64,000 nt of DNA from Clostridia bacterium. Lineage in GTDB: Bacteria; Bacillota; Clostridia; Monoglobales; Monoglobaceae. How positions within the stretch are numbered: position 1 is the stretch's first letter; each line of letters begins with the position of its first letter. The DNA is taken from the NCBI GenBank assembly GCA_045580025.1, contig JAZNNB010000030.1:17891-81890 (forward strand). The letters are read 5' to 3'. This document shows, piece after piece, positions 18,199 to 27,244 of this stretch. Position numbers and translations under genes: made by a program. Under the pieces are notes generated by a model. It had not been told where the DNA came from. It did no database searches and saw only the letters and a program-made list of their open reading frames with translations.

Positions 18199-20159
18199 TA
18201 TTCTTCTCCCTCAAGTCTTTTTATTTCATCACGAAGCTTTGCCGCAAGCTCAAACTGTAAGAGTTCTGCCGCCTTTTTCATTTCCACAGTAAGCTCAGCA
18301 ATAGTCTTTTCTCTTATATGCTCTGCATTATGACCAAGCTTTTTGCTGCTAAGCTTTTCGTCATCCACAGTAGCCTCAATAATCTCGTAAATATTCTTTT
18401 GAATAGTTTTCGGAACAATTCCATTTTCTTCATTGTATTGCGCCTGAATTTTACGTCGACGCTTGGTTTCAGAAATAGCCCTTTGCATTGAGCCGGTAAT
18501 GGTATCAGCATACATAATCACCGTTCCGTTGGCATTTCGCGCCGCACGTCCTATCGTCTGTATAAGTGAGGTATCCGACCTCAAAAAGCCTTCCTTGTCT
18601 GCATCAAGAATTGCCACCAAGGAAACCTCAGGAATATCAAGGCCCTCACGAAGAAGATTTATTCCCACCAGAACGTCAAACTCGCCAAGTCGCAAATCTC
18701 GGATTATCTCCATTCTTTCGATAGTCTCAACCTCGGAATGAAGGTATCTCACCCTCACACCCATCTCCTCAAAATATTCGGTCAGGCGTTCCGCCATCTT
18801 CTTGGTAAGTGTTGTAACAAGCACTCTTTCATTTTTCTCCACACGAGACTTGATTTCACTGTACAAATCATCAATCTGCCCATCTACCGGCCTGATAGAA
18901 ATCTCGGGATCCAAAAGTCCCGTTGGTCTTATTACCTGTTCAACCACTTGGCTTGATCGTTCTTTTTCAAACTCCGCAGGAGTAGCACTGACAAATATCG
19001 CCTGATTTATATGATCATAAAATTCATCAAAGTTCAGCGGTCTGTTGTCGTACGCCGACGGAAGCCTGAACCCAAACTCCACCAAATTATTTTTTCTTGC
19101 GCGGTCGCCCGCATACATAGCACGAACCTGAGGAATAGTCACATGTGATTCATCCACAATCAGCAAAAAATCATCAGGCAAATAATCAAGAAGTGTAAAG
19201 GGCGGACTCTTTTGTTCTCTTCCGCTTATGTGTCTGGAATAATTCTCAATTCCTTGGCAAAAGCCGGTTTCCCGCATCATCTCAATATCATATTTGGTGC
19301 GTTCCTTTATCCTTTGAGCTTCGATGAGGCATTCCTTCGCTTTAAACTCCTCAACTCTCTGTTCTAATTCTTCATCAATGTTCAATATTGCTTTTTCAAG
19401 TTTTTCTCGTCCAACAACATAGTGTGACGCCGGATAAATCGCACAGTGTTTGAGGTTTGCGACAACCTCGCCTGTTACCGAACTTATTTCAGCAATTCGT
19501 TCAACTTCATCACCAAAGAATTCAATTCTTATGGCATTTCCCGATGAATATGACGGAAATACATCAATTACATCGCCCCTTACCCTGAATTTATTTCGGG
19601 CAAAGGCCATGTCGTTTCTTTCATACTGAATTTCAATGAGTTTTTGTATAACCGCATCCCGATCTGCACAATGTCCAACTCTGAGAGACACCACCATACT
19701 GTTATAGTCAATAGGGTCACCAAGTCCGTATATGCACGAAACACTGGCAACAATAATCACATCACGACGTTCAAACAGTGCAGCCGTTGCTGAGTGCCTG
19801 AGCTTGTCTATATCTTCGTTTGTCTGAGCATCCTTCTCGATGTATGTATCCGAGCTTGGGATGTAAGCTTCCGGCTGATAATAATCATAATAAGATACAA
19901 AATATTCCACCGCATTATCAGGAAAAAGCGCCTTGAATTCGCTGCACAGCTGTGCTGCAAGGGTCTTGTTATGCGCAAGCACCAGTGTGGGTTTTTGCAC
20001 CTTTTCAATAACATTTGCCATTGTAAAAGTTTTTCCTGAACCGGTTACACCCATCAATGTCTGGAATTTATCTCCATTTATAACGCCTTGGGCAAGGGCA
20101 GAAATTGCCTGTGGTTGGTCCCCCGAAGGCTTATACTTTGAGACAATTTTAAATTCCAT
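18198..20159 (-). CDS. uvrB: Excinuclease ABC subunit B
   Basis: 653 aa. Helicase motif [10 protein letters not shown] and the C-terminal UVR domain [11 protein letters not shown]. The stop overlaps the uvrA ATG (TAATG). Confidence 0.98.
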   Translation of the reverse strand: MEFKIVSKYKPSGDQPQAISALAQGVINGDKFQTLMGVTGSGKTFTMANVIEKVQKPTLVLAHNKTLAAQLCSEFKALFPDNAVEYFVSYYDYYQPEAYIPSSDTYIEKDAQTNEDIDKLRHSATAALFERRDVIIVASVSCIYGLGDPIDYNSMVVSLRVGHCADRDAVIQKLIEIQYERNDMAFARNKFRVRGDVIDVFPSYSSGNAIRIEFFGDEVERIAEISSVTGEVVANLKHCAIYPASHYVVGREKLEKAILNIDEELEQRVEEFKAKECLIEAQRIKERTKYDIEMMRETGFCQGIENYSRHISGREQKSPPFTLLDYLPDDFLLIVDESHVTIPQVRAMYAGDRARKNNLVEFGFRLPSAYDNRPLNFDEFYDHINQAIFVSATPAEFEKERSSQVVEQVIRPTGLLDPEISIRPVDGQIDDLYSEIKSRVEKNERVLVTTLTKKMAERLTEYFEEMGVRVRYLHSEVETIERMEIIRDLRLGEFDVLVGINLLREGLDIPEVSLVAILDADKEGFLRSDTSLIQTIGRAARNANGTVIMYADTITGSMQRAISETKRRRKIQAQYNEENGIVPKTIQKNIYEIIEATVDDEKLSSKKLGHNAEHIREKTIAELTVEMKKAAELLQFELAAKLRDEIKRLEGEE

Positions 20160-20871
20160 CTTTGTTTCTCCTCTTGGTCTCTACTTTTCCCTTATTCCCA
20201 ATAGTATCTTTAAGAACTATACTGTAAACATCATTTCCCGACACAATAAGACTGTCAAAAAACTCAATATCCACCATTTCAAAGCATTTCTCAAGTTTTT
20301 CCGACAATTCCATATCCGCTATCGACGGATTTACCAAACCGCAAGGATGATTGTGAACAATAACCACCGTACTTGCCCTGTCATTAAGCGCCTGCCTCAC
20401 AACTTTTGGAACATAAACAGCAGTTTCTCCCTGAACTCCCTCGGATATACGGGTTATTGAAAGTAGTCTGAAGGACGAATTCATACTTAGCATATATGCT
20501 GATTCCGTAAGCTTTCCATAAAAAAATGTTTTCACAAAATCTGCCAGTTTTTCATATCCATTAAGCTTTAATGGTTTATCAGTCAGTATACTTCTTTCAA
20601 CAATCCCCAAAAGTGCCGGTAACGAGGTAAGAAATCTCGCTGTACTGCGCCCAACACCTTCAATGGTCATAAGCTCGTCCATACTTGCGTTAATAGCACC
20701 GCTTATAGTTTTGAATCTATCCAAAATACGATGTGCCAATTCGTTGGTGTCTCCCATTGGTATCACCGCATATAAAAGGTACTCAAGCTGTTCGTGGGGT
20801 TCAAGGGATTCAAGTCCGTATTCACTTACTTTTTTGTCAAGTCTTTGACGATGCAACGCGTGTAAACTCAA
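20149..20871 (-). CDS. radC: RadC-like JAB-domain protein
   Basis: Helix-hairpin-helix region [15 protein letters not shown] and JAB motif VIVHNHPCG. The TTG start follows GAGGGGGAG and overlaps the rluD stop (TTGA). Confidence 0.85.
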   Translation of the reverse strand: MSLHALHRQRLDKKVSEYGLESLEPHEQLEYLLYAVIPMGDTNELAHRILDRFKTISGAINASMDELMTIEGVGRSTARFLTSLPALLGIVERSILTDKPLKLNGYEKLADFVKTFFYGKLTESAYMLSMNSSFRLLSITRISEGVQGETAVYVPKVVRQALNDRASTVVIVHNHPCGLVNPSIADMELSEKLEKCFEMVDIEFFDSLIVSGNDVYSIVLKDTIGNKGKVETKRRNKDGI

Positions 20872-21791
20872 AACATTCTCCCCCTCAGTTTCACCAAAAC
20901 CTCTTCAAAATATTCTGGAATTTCCTTTGAAAACTCCATATATTCATTTGTTTCAGGATGCAAAAACCCAATCAAATGTGCATGCAAAAGCTGTCCATTT
21001 AGCTTAAACTCCTCTTTCTTCCTGCCATAAACACTGTCTCCTACAATAGGATTTCCCCGCTTTGACATATGAACTCTTATCTGATGTGTTCTTCCTGTTT
21101 CAAGTCTGCACCTTACAAAAGTATATTTTTCAAATCTCTCCAACACAAAAAAATGCGTAACCGCATTTTTCGAATTTTTCTGTGTAATAGTCATTTTTTT
21201 TCGGTCTTTTTCGTCTCTTCCTATGGGTGCATCAATAGTTCCCTCATCTTCTTTTATTCTGCCGTGCACCAACGCCAGATATTCACGAGTCAGGCTGTGC
21301 TCCTTTATCTGGCTTGAGAGCCCAAGATGTGCTGCATCATTTTTTGCCACCATCAAAAGTCCGCTGGTGTCCTTGTCGATACGATGTAATATCCCCGGAC
21401 GGATTTCGCCATTTATCCCCGAAAGGTTGTCTCCACAATGAGCCATAAGAGCATTTACAAGGGTTCCGTTATAATTTCCGGCAGCAGGGTGAACTACCAT
21501 TCCCTGAGGCTTATTCACCACAAGCATACACTTATCTTCATATACCACATCAAGCGGTATTTCTTCTGCCACTATCTGTGTCTCTTTGGGCTCGGGAATT
21601 TCTATGGTAACAATTTCTTGTTCTTTCAGTTTATAATTTGACTTTACTGTCTTTTGTCCAACCAAAATAAAACCGTCTTCAATAAGCTTTTGTATTCGTG
21701 AACGGGTAAGCCCCAAATCACTGTCGGCCAAAAAAGAATCCAGCCTTTTTCCAGCAGCAAAGGCATCAATCAATATCTCATACACTTTCAT
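20868..21791 (-). CDS. rluD: RluA-family 23S rRNA pseudouridine synthase (RluD-like)
   Basis: N-terminal S4 domain and catalytic HRIDKDTSGLLMVAK. ATG 21791 follows GGGAGGG. The track start at 21875 lies inside lspA. Confidence 0.9.
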   Translation of the reverse strand: MKVYEILIDAFAAGKRLDSFLADSDLGLTRSRIQKLIEDGFILVGQKTVKSNYKLKEQEIVTIEIPEPKETQIVAEEIPLDVVYEDKCMLVVNKPQGMVVHPAAGNYNGTLVNALMAHCGDNLSGINGEIRPGILHRIDKDTSGLLMVAKNDAAHLGLSSQIKEHSLTREYLALVHGRIKEDEGTIDAPIGRDEKDRKKMTITQKNSKNAVTHFFVLERFEKYTFVRCRLETGRTHQIRVHMSKRGNPIVGDSVYGRKKEEFKLNGQLLHAHLIGFLHPETNEYMEFSKEIPEYFEEVLVKLRGRMF

Positions 21792-22245
21792 TTCCCTCCC
21801 GCCACTTTTCTTCAAAAAACACAAAAAATACCGCCAAAGCGCCTGCGCCAAGGCAAACAAAAATATCCGCCACATTAAACACAGGAAAGTTTATAAGACA
21901 AAAATCAAAAAAATCTACCACATATCCATACGCAATGCGATCTATAACATTCCCAAGCGCCCCGGCAGCCATAAAGGAAATCCCCAGTTTCAAAAGAGGC
22001 GGCTTGTTTTTAATTCTGGCAGAAAACCAGAGCACAACTGCAACAAAAGCCACCGCCACCGCAACAAAAAACAGCCCTCTTCCCTGCATAATTCCGAAGG
22101 CTGCTCCTTTGTTTTCAACATAAGTGAGATGGAACACGCCCTCAATCAAAGGAATTGACCCAAGTCCTGAAAGATGCGTTTTTGCCAATATTTTTGTCAG
22201 GAAGTCCACAACCAAAATTGCAAACCCTACTAAAAAATATACCAT
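21778..22245 (-). CDS. lspA: Lipoprotein signal peptidase II
   Basis: Motifs NKGAAFG and FPVFNVADIF. The start is ATG 22245, or alternatively GTG 22254. Confidence 0.9.
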   Translation of the reverse strand: MVYFLVGFAILVVDFLTKILAKTHLSGLGSIPLIEGVFHLTYVENKGAAFGIMQGRGLFFVAVAVAFVAVVLWFSARIKNKPPLLKLGISFMAAGALGNVIDRIAYGYVVDFFDFCLINFPVFNVADIFVCLGAGALAVFFVFFEEKWREGNESV

Positions 22246-22294
22246 ATCTCTCACCTTTAAAATTTATGTAAATGAAATTTAAAGTTCAATAATA

Positions 22295-22945
22295 TTATTC
22301 TTTGTTCTCTTTTTCTTCTGCCCTAGCCTCTTCCGCTGTGATATACTCACCCTTTTCATTCACAACGATTTTTGGAAGCTCCATTGTAACCTGCTCAAGT
22401 TTCTGGATAGTAGACATAACGCCGTCAGTTTTAGCTTCAACCTGAGTATCAAGTTCAATGTGCGGAACTTCTTTGGTTTCAACCGACTTTGCTGCTTTTT
22501 CCGGCATGCTGAATTCTTTAACAATATCCATCTGCGACGTAAGAAGCGAAATAACTCTTGTTTTGAAAATTTCCACATTGCGACGCATTTCTTCATATTC
22601 ATAGCTTATGCGGGTAACCTCACGGCTTGCATCAGACAAAAGCCGTGACGCCTTGTTCTCTGCATCCTTTATAATGTTCTCTGCGCTCTTTCTTGCATTC
22701 TGAACAACCTCGTCACCTGCACTCTGAGCAACCAAAATTGCACTCTGGAGCGTTTCCTCCATAGACTTATACTGGGAAATCGCATTGGACAGCATATTTA
22801 TTTTGTCCTTGTTTGCAAGGTTTTCCTTGTAAATAAGCTCATAGTTCTCGGCGATTACATTCATAAACTCCTGAACCTCCGCCTTGCTGTAACCCCTGAA
22901 TTCTCTTTTAAATTTTCTGTTTTCAATCTCGAGTGGTGTCAACAT
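22295..22945 (-). CDS. divIVA: DivIVA-domain cell-division/polarity protein
   Basis: MLTPLEIENRKFKREFRGYSKAEVQEF followed by coiled coil. GGAGGA lies 7 nt upstream of ATG 22945. Confidence 0.9.
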   Translation of the reverse strand: MLTPLEIENRKFKREFRGYSKAEVQEFMNVIAENYELIYKENLANKDKINMLSNAISQYKSMEETLQSAILVAQSAGDEVVQNARKSAENIIKDAENKASRLLSDASREVTRISYEYEEMRRNVEIFKTRVISLLTSQMDIVKEFSMPEKAAKSVETKEVPHIELDTQVEAKTDGVMSTIQKLEQVTMELPKIVVNEKGEYITAEEARAEEKENKE

Positions 22946-23013
22946 AAAATTTTCCTCCATTCTGCCACCAACGTGACATTCTTCAAAACTATGGGTATTA
23001 CCCAAAATTTTCT

Positions 23014-23769
23014 TTATATAAATTTTTCTATTTGGATTCCGATTCTGCCTTTTTTTGTTTCTCTGACCTCTTCAATAAGTCTAAATCGGCCTTGTCCTCT
23101 CACCGAAAAAACATCTCCGGGTTTCATCTTCAGCGAGACGTTTTCCGTTTGTGTCCAATTCACAAACACACGTCCCTCAGCAATATATCCAGCAGCAACC
23201 GACCTTGAAGTTTTCGTCGCAGCCGCCACCACGCTATCCAGTCGAAGTGCCGAAACCGTATGACACATCGTTTCAACCTTCCGTGGTGGGATTTCAACCA
23301 TTCCACTTGAAATAATCCGCGCTGTCACGCCATGACGGCCAACCTTGATAAGGTTTTCCACAATATACGTGCCTATGTTCTCCGCAACAAATACAATGCA
23401 TTTATCATCCAGAACAACTACGTCACCAATTTTTTCACGCTTAATGCCAAGCCCCAAAAGACTCCCCAAAAAGTCAGGGTGCCTGAGACTGCCCACATCT
23501 CTTCCCGAAATTTCTATTGCGGATATTAGCCCCAATATATCCGTTTTTTCAAGATAGTCTGGAAGCGCCACAAACATTGTCCGCTCTGCATCTTCATAGC
23601 CACCCCAAAAGTGCGTATTCACGGCATTTTTAGGAATATTTTTCCTTACAACTTCTCTTTCGGCAGGAGTGAGAAAACCCGTAGCCTTAATACAATTCTG
23701 CTTTTCGCACAAAAAAGCAGTGTCCTGTACCTTTGCAATCAACAGCTTTTCTTCAAGCTTGTTATCCAT
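23014..23769 (-). CDS. ylmH: YlmH-family RNA-binding S4-domain protein
   Basis: C-terminal S4 motif LRLDSVVAAATKTSRSVAAGYIAEGRVFVNW. It sits between sepF and divIVA, as in the Bacillus ylm cluster. Confidence 0.85.
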   Translation of the reverse strand: MDNKLEEKLLIAKVQDTAFLCEKQNCIKATGFLTPAEREVVRKNIPKNAVNTHFWGGYEDAERTMFVALPDYLEKTDILGLISAIEISGRDVGSLRHPDFLGSLLGLGIKREKIGDVVVLDDKCIVFVAENIGTYIVENLIKVGRHGVTARIISSGMVEIPPRKVETMCHTVSALRLDSVVAAATKTSRSVAAGYIAEGRVFVNWTQTENVSLKMKPGDVFSVRGQGRFRLIEEVRETKKGRIGIQIEKFI

Positions 23770-24227
23770 TAGTTATTGTTCCAGGGAAAGATGCCTTTGT
23801 TTCTCAGTTCATCCTTGAAATCGCCCATAATCCCTACATTATAAGGAGCAATCAAAAAGATTCCGTTTGAAACCTTCTGGATATTTCCGTCAAGAGCATA
23901 AACTGCTCCACTTAAGAAATCCACGATTTTCTGAGAAATACTGCGGTCAACAGATTCAAGATTGATAACAACCGGCTTTTTGTTCTTGAGGTGATTTGCA
24001 ATATCCCTTGCATCTTCAAAGCTTTCAGGACTCATAACCACAAGCTTAAGCTGTGCAGTTGTATGTATTTTTACAACCTTGTTACGCTTTCCTCCATCAA
24101 ATGTTTCGGGTTCTTCCTCCTCAAAGAGCTGGCTGTTTGAGAATTCGCTGTTACCGATAAGTTCTTCTTCATACTCATCCTGTGTCTCAAACCCAATAAG
24201 ATTCAGCATTTTGTTCACAATACTCAT
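23769..24227 (-). CDS. sepF: Cell division protein SepF
   Basis: Conserved C-terminal domain VVMSPESFEDARDIANHLKNKKPVVINL ... IFLIAPYNV. GGGAGGA lies upstream of the ATG. Confidence 0.92.
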   Translation of the reverse strand: MSIVNKMLNLIGFETQDEYEEELIGNSEFSNSQLFEEEEPETFDGGKRNKVVKIHTTAQLKLVVMSPESFEDARDIANHLKNKKPVVINLESVDRSISQKIVDFLSGAVYALDGNIQKVSNGIFLIAPYNVGIMGDFKDELRNKGIFPWNNN

Positions 24228-24322
24228 AATATTTCCTCCCGGATATTTATAAAGTTTTCATATAATTCTATGCCCAACTTGTCCGTCACATTTTTTTACC
24301 AATATATTATATCACACTTTTT

Positions 24323-25018
24323 TTATTTTGTATAGTCTCTTTTTCCGAAAATTCCTGTTCCAACTCTAACCATTGTTGCACCCTTTTCAATCGCAAGGGG
24401 AAAATCATTGGTCATACCCATGGAAAGCTCCTCCATAGACACATTTTTGATATTTTCTTGGCTGATTTTTTCAGCCAACCCTTTAAGCCCTGAGAACACA
24501 CCCCTGAGAAGCTCTTCATCATCAGTAAACGGTGCAACCGTCATAAGACCCATAATCTTCACATTTTCAAGCCCGCTGATTTCACGGCAAATATCAATGC
24601 AATTCTCTGGTTCTATGCCAAATTTCGATTCTTCACCCGAAACATTGACCTCCAGAAGAATTTTCTGAACCTTGTTAATTTTCTTTGCCTTTTTGTCAAT
24701 TTCAGTGGCAAGTTCCACACTATCAACAGAATGAATAAGTTCCACCTTGTCTATTATATACTTTACCTTGTTTTTTTGCAAGTGTCCTATGAGATGCCAC
24801 CTCACTGGTTTCACGCTTTCGTATTTTTCCATTATTTCCTGAACACGATTTTCGCCTATGTCAGTAACCCCAAAGCCAATCGCCTCGTTTATGAGGTCAG
24901 CCCCATAGGTTTTTGTCACCGCAATAAGCTTTATCTCATCCACATTTCTGCCTGCGCCTTTTGCTGCCTCATGAATTTTTTTGTTTACTTCCAAAAGATT
25001 TTTTCCAATGTATGACAT
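24323..25018 (-). CDS. yggS: YggS/YlmE-family pyridoxal-phosphate homeostasis protein
   Basis: 231 aa alanine-racemase-N fold with the LIAVTKT lysine motif. Confidence 0.9.
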   Translation of the reverse strand: MSYIGKNLLEVNKKIHEAAKGAGRNVDEIKLIAVTKTYGADLINEAIGFGVTDIGENRVQEIMEKYESVKPVRWHLIGHLQKNKVKYIIDKVELIHSVDSVELATEIDKKAKKINKVQKILLEVNVSGEESKFGIEPENCIDICREISGLENVKIMGLMTVAPFTDDEELLRGVFSGLKGLAEKISQENIKNVSMEELSMGMTNDFPLAIEKGATMVRVGTGIFGKRDYTK

Positions 25019-26289
25019 TATCTCACAACCTTGTTATTATAAAGTTCTTTTCCGCTTACAATCAATTCATCATAGAGTCTCAGTGTAGTATCACCTGAGC
25101 TTAAAGTTTCCGCCACAACTACCCATTCCTTGCTGTTGTATAAAATATCCACCGGTACAAACCTCGCCTTGTCATTTTTTATGATATAAACTCCGGTTTT
25201 TCCATCAATTATTCTTATACTTTCGGAGGGGATTTTAAATCCCTCATAATGATGCTTTATGAATTCAACCTCAGACCTTGATGTAGAATATATATTGCTC
25301 ACATAACGGTTTGATTTTACCACCAAAACCGCCTTTCCCTTTTCTTCCTGCTTTATTTGTGATACAGTTCCCGAAATGATGTCCTGTCCAATATCCAGCA
25401 GTCTGAATTCAATTCGGTCACCCACTCTTACATCTTCAACCTGCTCAAAAGGAACAGCTGCCGCCACGCTCCAACTGAAATTGTCAACGATTTTACCCAC
25501 TGCGTCACTTTCTTTCACTTTTGTGAGAGTTATCGGTTTTTCAAATTTTTTGTCCAGTTCCTTGATGTAATCAACAGAAATTTCGCCAAGTTTTTTTATG
25601 CTTAAGAATTCTTCCATTCCATCTGTCCTCGACGTAAATGTTCCTGCTTTTGGCGCATAAACCGCTGTTCTCTCAATGTTATAAGCCTTTTCAAGCTCTG
25701 CCTTTCTTTTAAGCAATTCCTCAAGCTCTTTTATGCTGTCTTTTGGCTCAGTTTCCCCTTTAATTATTCTTCTTCCCTCAATAAGAGAATTCACATTTTC
25801 CTTTATTTCAGAAACTTCCCTTATATTATTTTTAAAACCGAGAAAAGGTACATCTTTAAGCGCGAGCAAAATTTCCTGCTCAATCTTTGCTGCATCATTA
25901 CTGAACACATCGTCCTTTATTTTATTTGATGACAGCTTGTGTATTTTTTCTTCAATCACTTTGAGCTCGCTGCCCGCTGACGCATCCATTTGATTTTTGT
26001 GTATGTGCATAACCATTTCGCCAATCTTGACGCGCTGTTCTTCGCCTACTTCACAATAAACATAGCCCGCTGCGGGGGAAAGTATCACTGTCTGATCCTT
26101 AAAAATATATCCTCGAGATTTGATAATTTCTTCTTCGGTTCCCGTTCTCACCAGCATGGTTTCAATTCTTCCGCCATAACTCATAGCAACATTTATAACT
26201 ATGCTCAAAGCAAAGGCAAATATCAAAAAAGCAACAAAGCTTCTTTTACCTTTTTTCTTTTTTCTTTTTTCTTCTCTTGTCTCTCTCAT
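25018..26289 (-). CDS. HlyD-like membrane-fusion-family protein with no adjacent transporter
   Basis: Basic N-terminus (EEKRKKKKGKR), then one TM. Barrel-sandwich-like segments follow (SPAAGYVYCEVGEEQRVKIGEMV; VYAPKAGTFTS), with a coiled coil (LEELLKRKAELEKAYN) and a beta-barrel C-terminus. ATG 26289 follows AGAGG (track start 26334). Confidence 0.65.
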   Translation of the reverse strand: MRETREEKRKKKKGKRSFVAFLIFAFALSIVINVAMSYGGRIETMLVRTGTEEEIIKSRGYIFKDQTVILSPAAGYVYCEVGEEQRVKIGEMVMHIHKNQMDASAGSELKVIEEKIHKLSSNKIKDDVFSNDAAKIEQEILLALKDVPFLGFKNNIREVSEIKENVNSLIEGRRIIKGETEPKDSIKELEELLKRKAELEKAYNIERTAVYAPKAGTFTSRTDGMEEFLSIKKLGEISVDYIKELDKKFEKPITLTKVKESDAVGKIVDNFSWSVAAAVPFEQVEDVRVGDRIEFRLLDIGQDIISGTVSQIKQEEKGKAVLVVKSNRYVSNIYSTSRSEVEFIKHHYEGFKIPSESIRIIDGKTGVYIIKNDKARFVPVDILYNSKEWVVVAETLSSGDTTLRLYDELIVSGKELYNNKVVR

Positions 26290-26312
26290 TTTCAAAACCT
26301 CTGCTTTGACTT

Positions 26313-27236
26313 TTAATATAGAAACTGACTGCACTTTTCAAAAATAACTTTCATTCCGTCATCCTCGTCGAGTCTCACCCAGTTGATTTTTTCATTCCGC
26401 CGAAACCACGTCAGCTGCCTTTTTGCATAACGCCTGCTTTCCTGCTTTATCAGCTCTACCGTTTCATCAATGTTCAAATTTCCTTCAAGATAATCGAGGA
26501 CTTCCTTATATCCTATAGCCTGCATAGCCGTGGTATTCCGGTCAACCCCCATATCCCAAAGTCTTTTAACCTCATCCACAAGGCCCGCTTTCATCATACA
26601 GTCTACTCTGTCATTTATGCGGCTGTAAAGTGCCTCTCTCTCTGCATCAATAGCGAAAATAAGCGCATCATAAACCGCCTCACGCCTTGATTCCTCATTC
26701 ACTTCGGTAAAAGTCTTGTTGGTAAGGTGGCACACCTCAAGAGCGCGTATCACCCGCCTCAAATTATTTGGATGAATTTTCTGCGCTGCTTCGCTGTCCT
26801 TTTCACAAAGAAGCTTATGCACCGCATCAACCCCATCTTTTTGGGCTAAAAGTTCCATCTCTTCTCTGAATTTGGGGTCACTACCAAAATCATCAAAGGC
26901 TATGTTGTTTAAAATACTGTCAAGATAAAGACCTGTTCCCCCTGCCAAAACGGGAGTTTTGCCACGACTTATTATATCATCAATGCATGCTCTTGCCCTC
27001 ACAACAAAATCAGCTACGCTGTATTTCACCTTTGGTTCAATAAAATCAATCATATGGTGCTTTACTGCCTTTTGTTCGATTTCAGTAGCCTTCGCCGTAC
27101 CTATATCCATATATTTATAAATCTGCATGGAGTCACAAGAAACGATTTCGCCATCAAATTTTTTGGCAATTTCAATAGCCAGTGCCGTCTTTCCTGATGC
27201 AGTGGGCCCGCAAACTGCAATAACCTTTTTCAGCAT
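26313..27236 (-). CDS. miaA: tRNA dimethylallyltransferase
   Basis: P-loop GPTASGKT and an IPPT-family body. Confidence 0.95.
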   Translation of the reverse strand: MLKKVIAVCGPTASGKTALAIEIAKKFDGEIVSCDSMQIYKYMDIGTAKATEIEQKAVKHHMIDFIEPKVKYSVADFVVRARACIDDIISRGKTPVLAGGTGLYLDSILNNIAFDDFGSDPKFREEMELLAQKDGVDAVHKLLCEKDSEAAQKIHPNNLRRVIRALEVCHLTNKTFTEVNEESRREAVYDALIFAIDAEREALYSRINDRVDCMMKAGLVDEVKRLWDMGVDRNTTAMQAIGYKEVLDYLEGNLNIDETVELIKQESRRYAKRQLTWFRRNEKINWVRLDEDDGMKVIFEKCSQFLY

Positions 27237-27244
27237 AGCCCCTC

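Noticed and set aside
20214-20225. A half-match to a LexA (Cheo) box, gaactatactgt, inside radC upstream of uvrB
   Set aside because: Only one half-site (GAAC) matches and the second half is ctgt rather than GTTC. It lies within coding sequence and 55 to 66 nt from the uvrB start.
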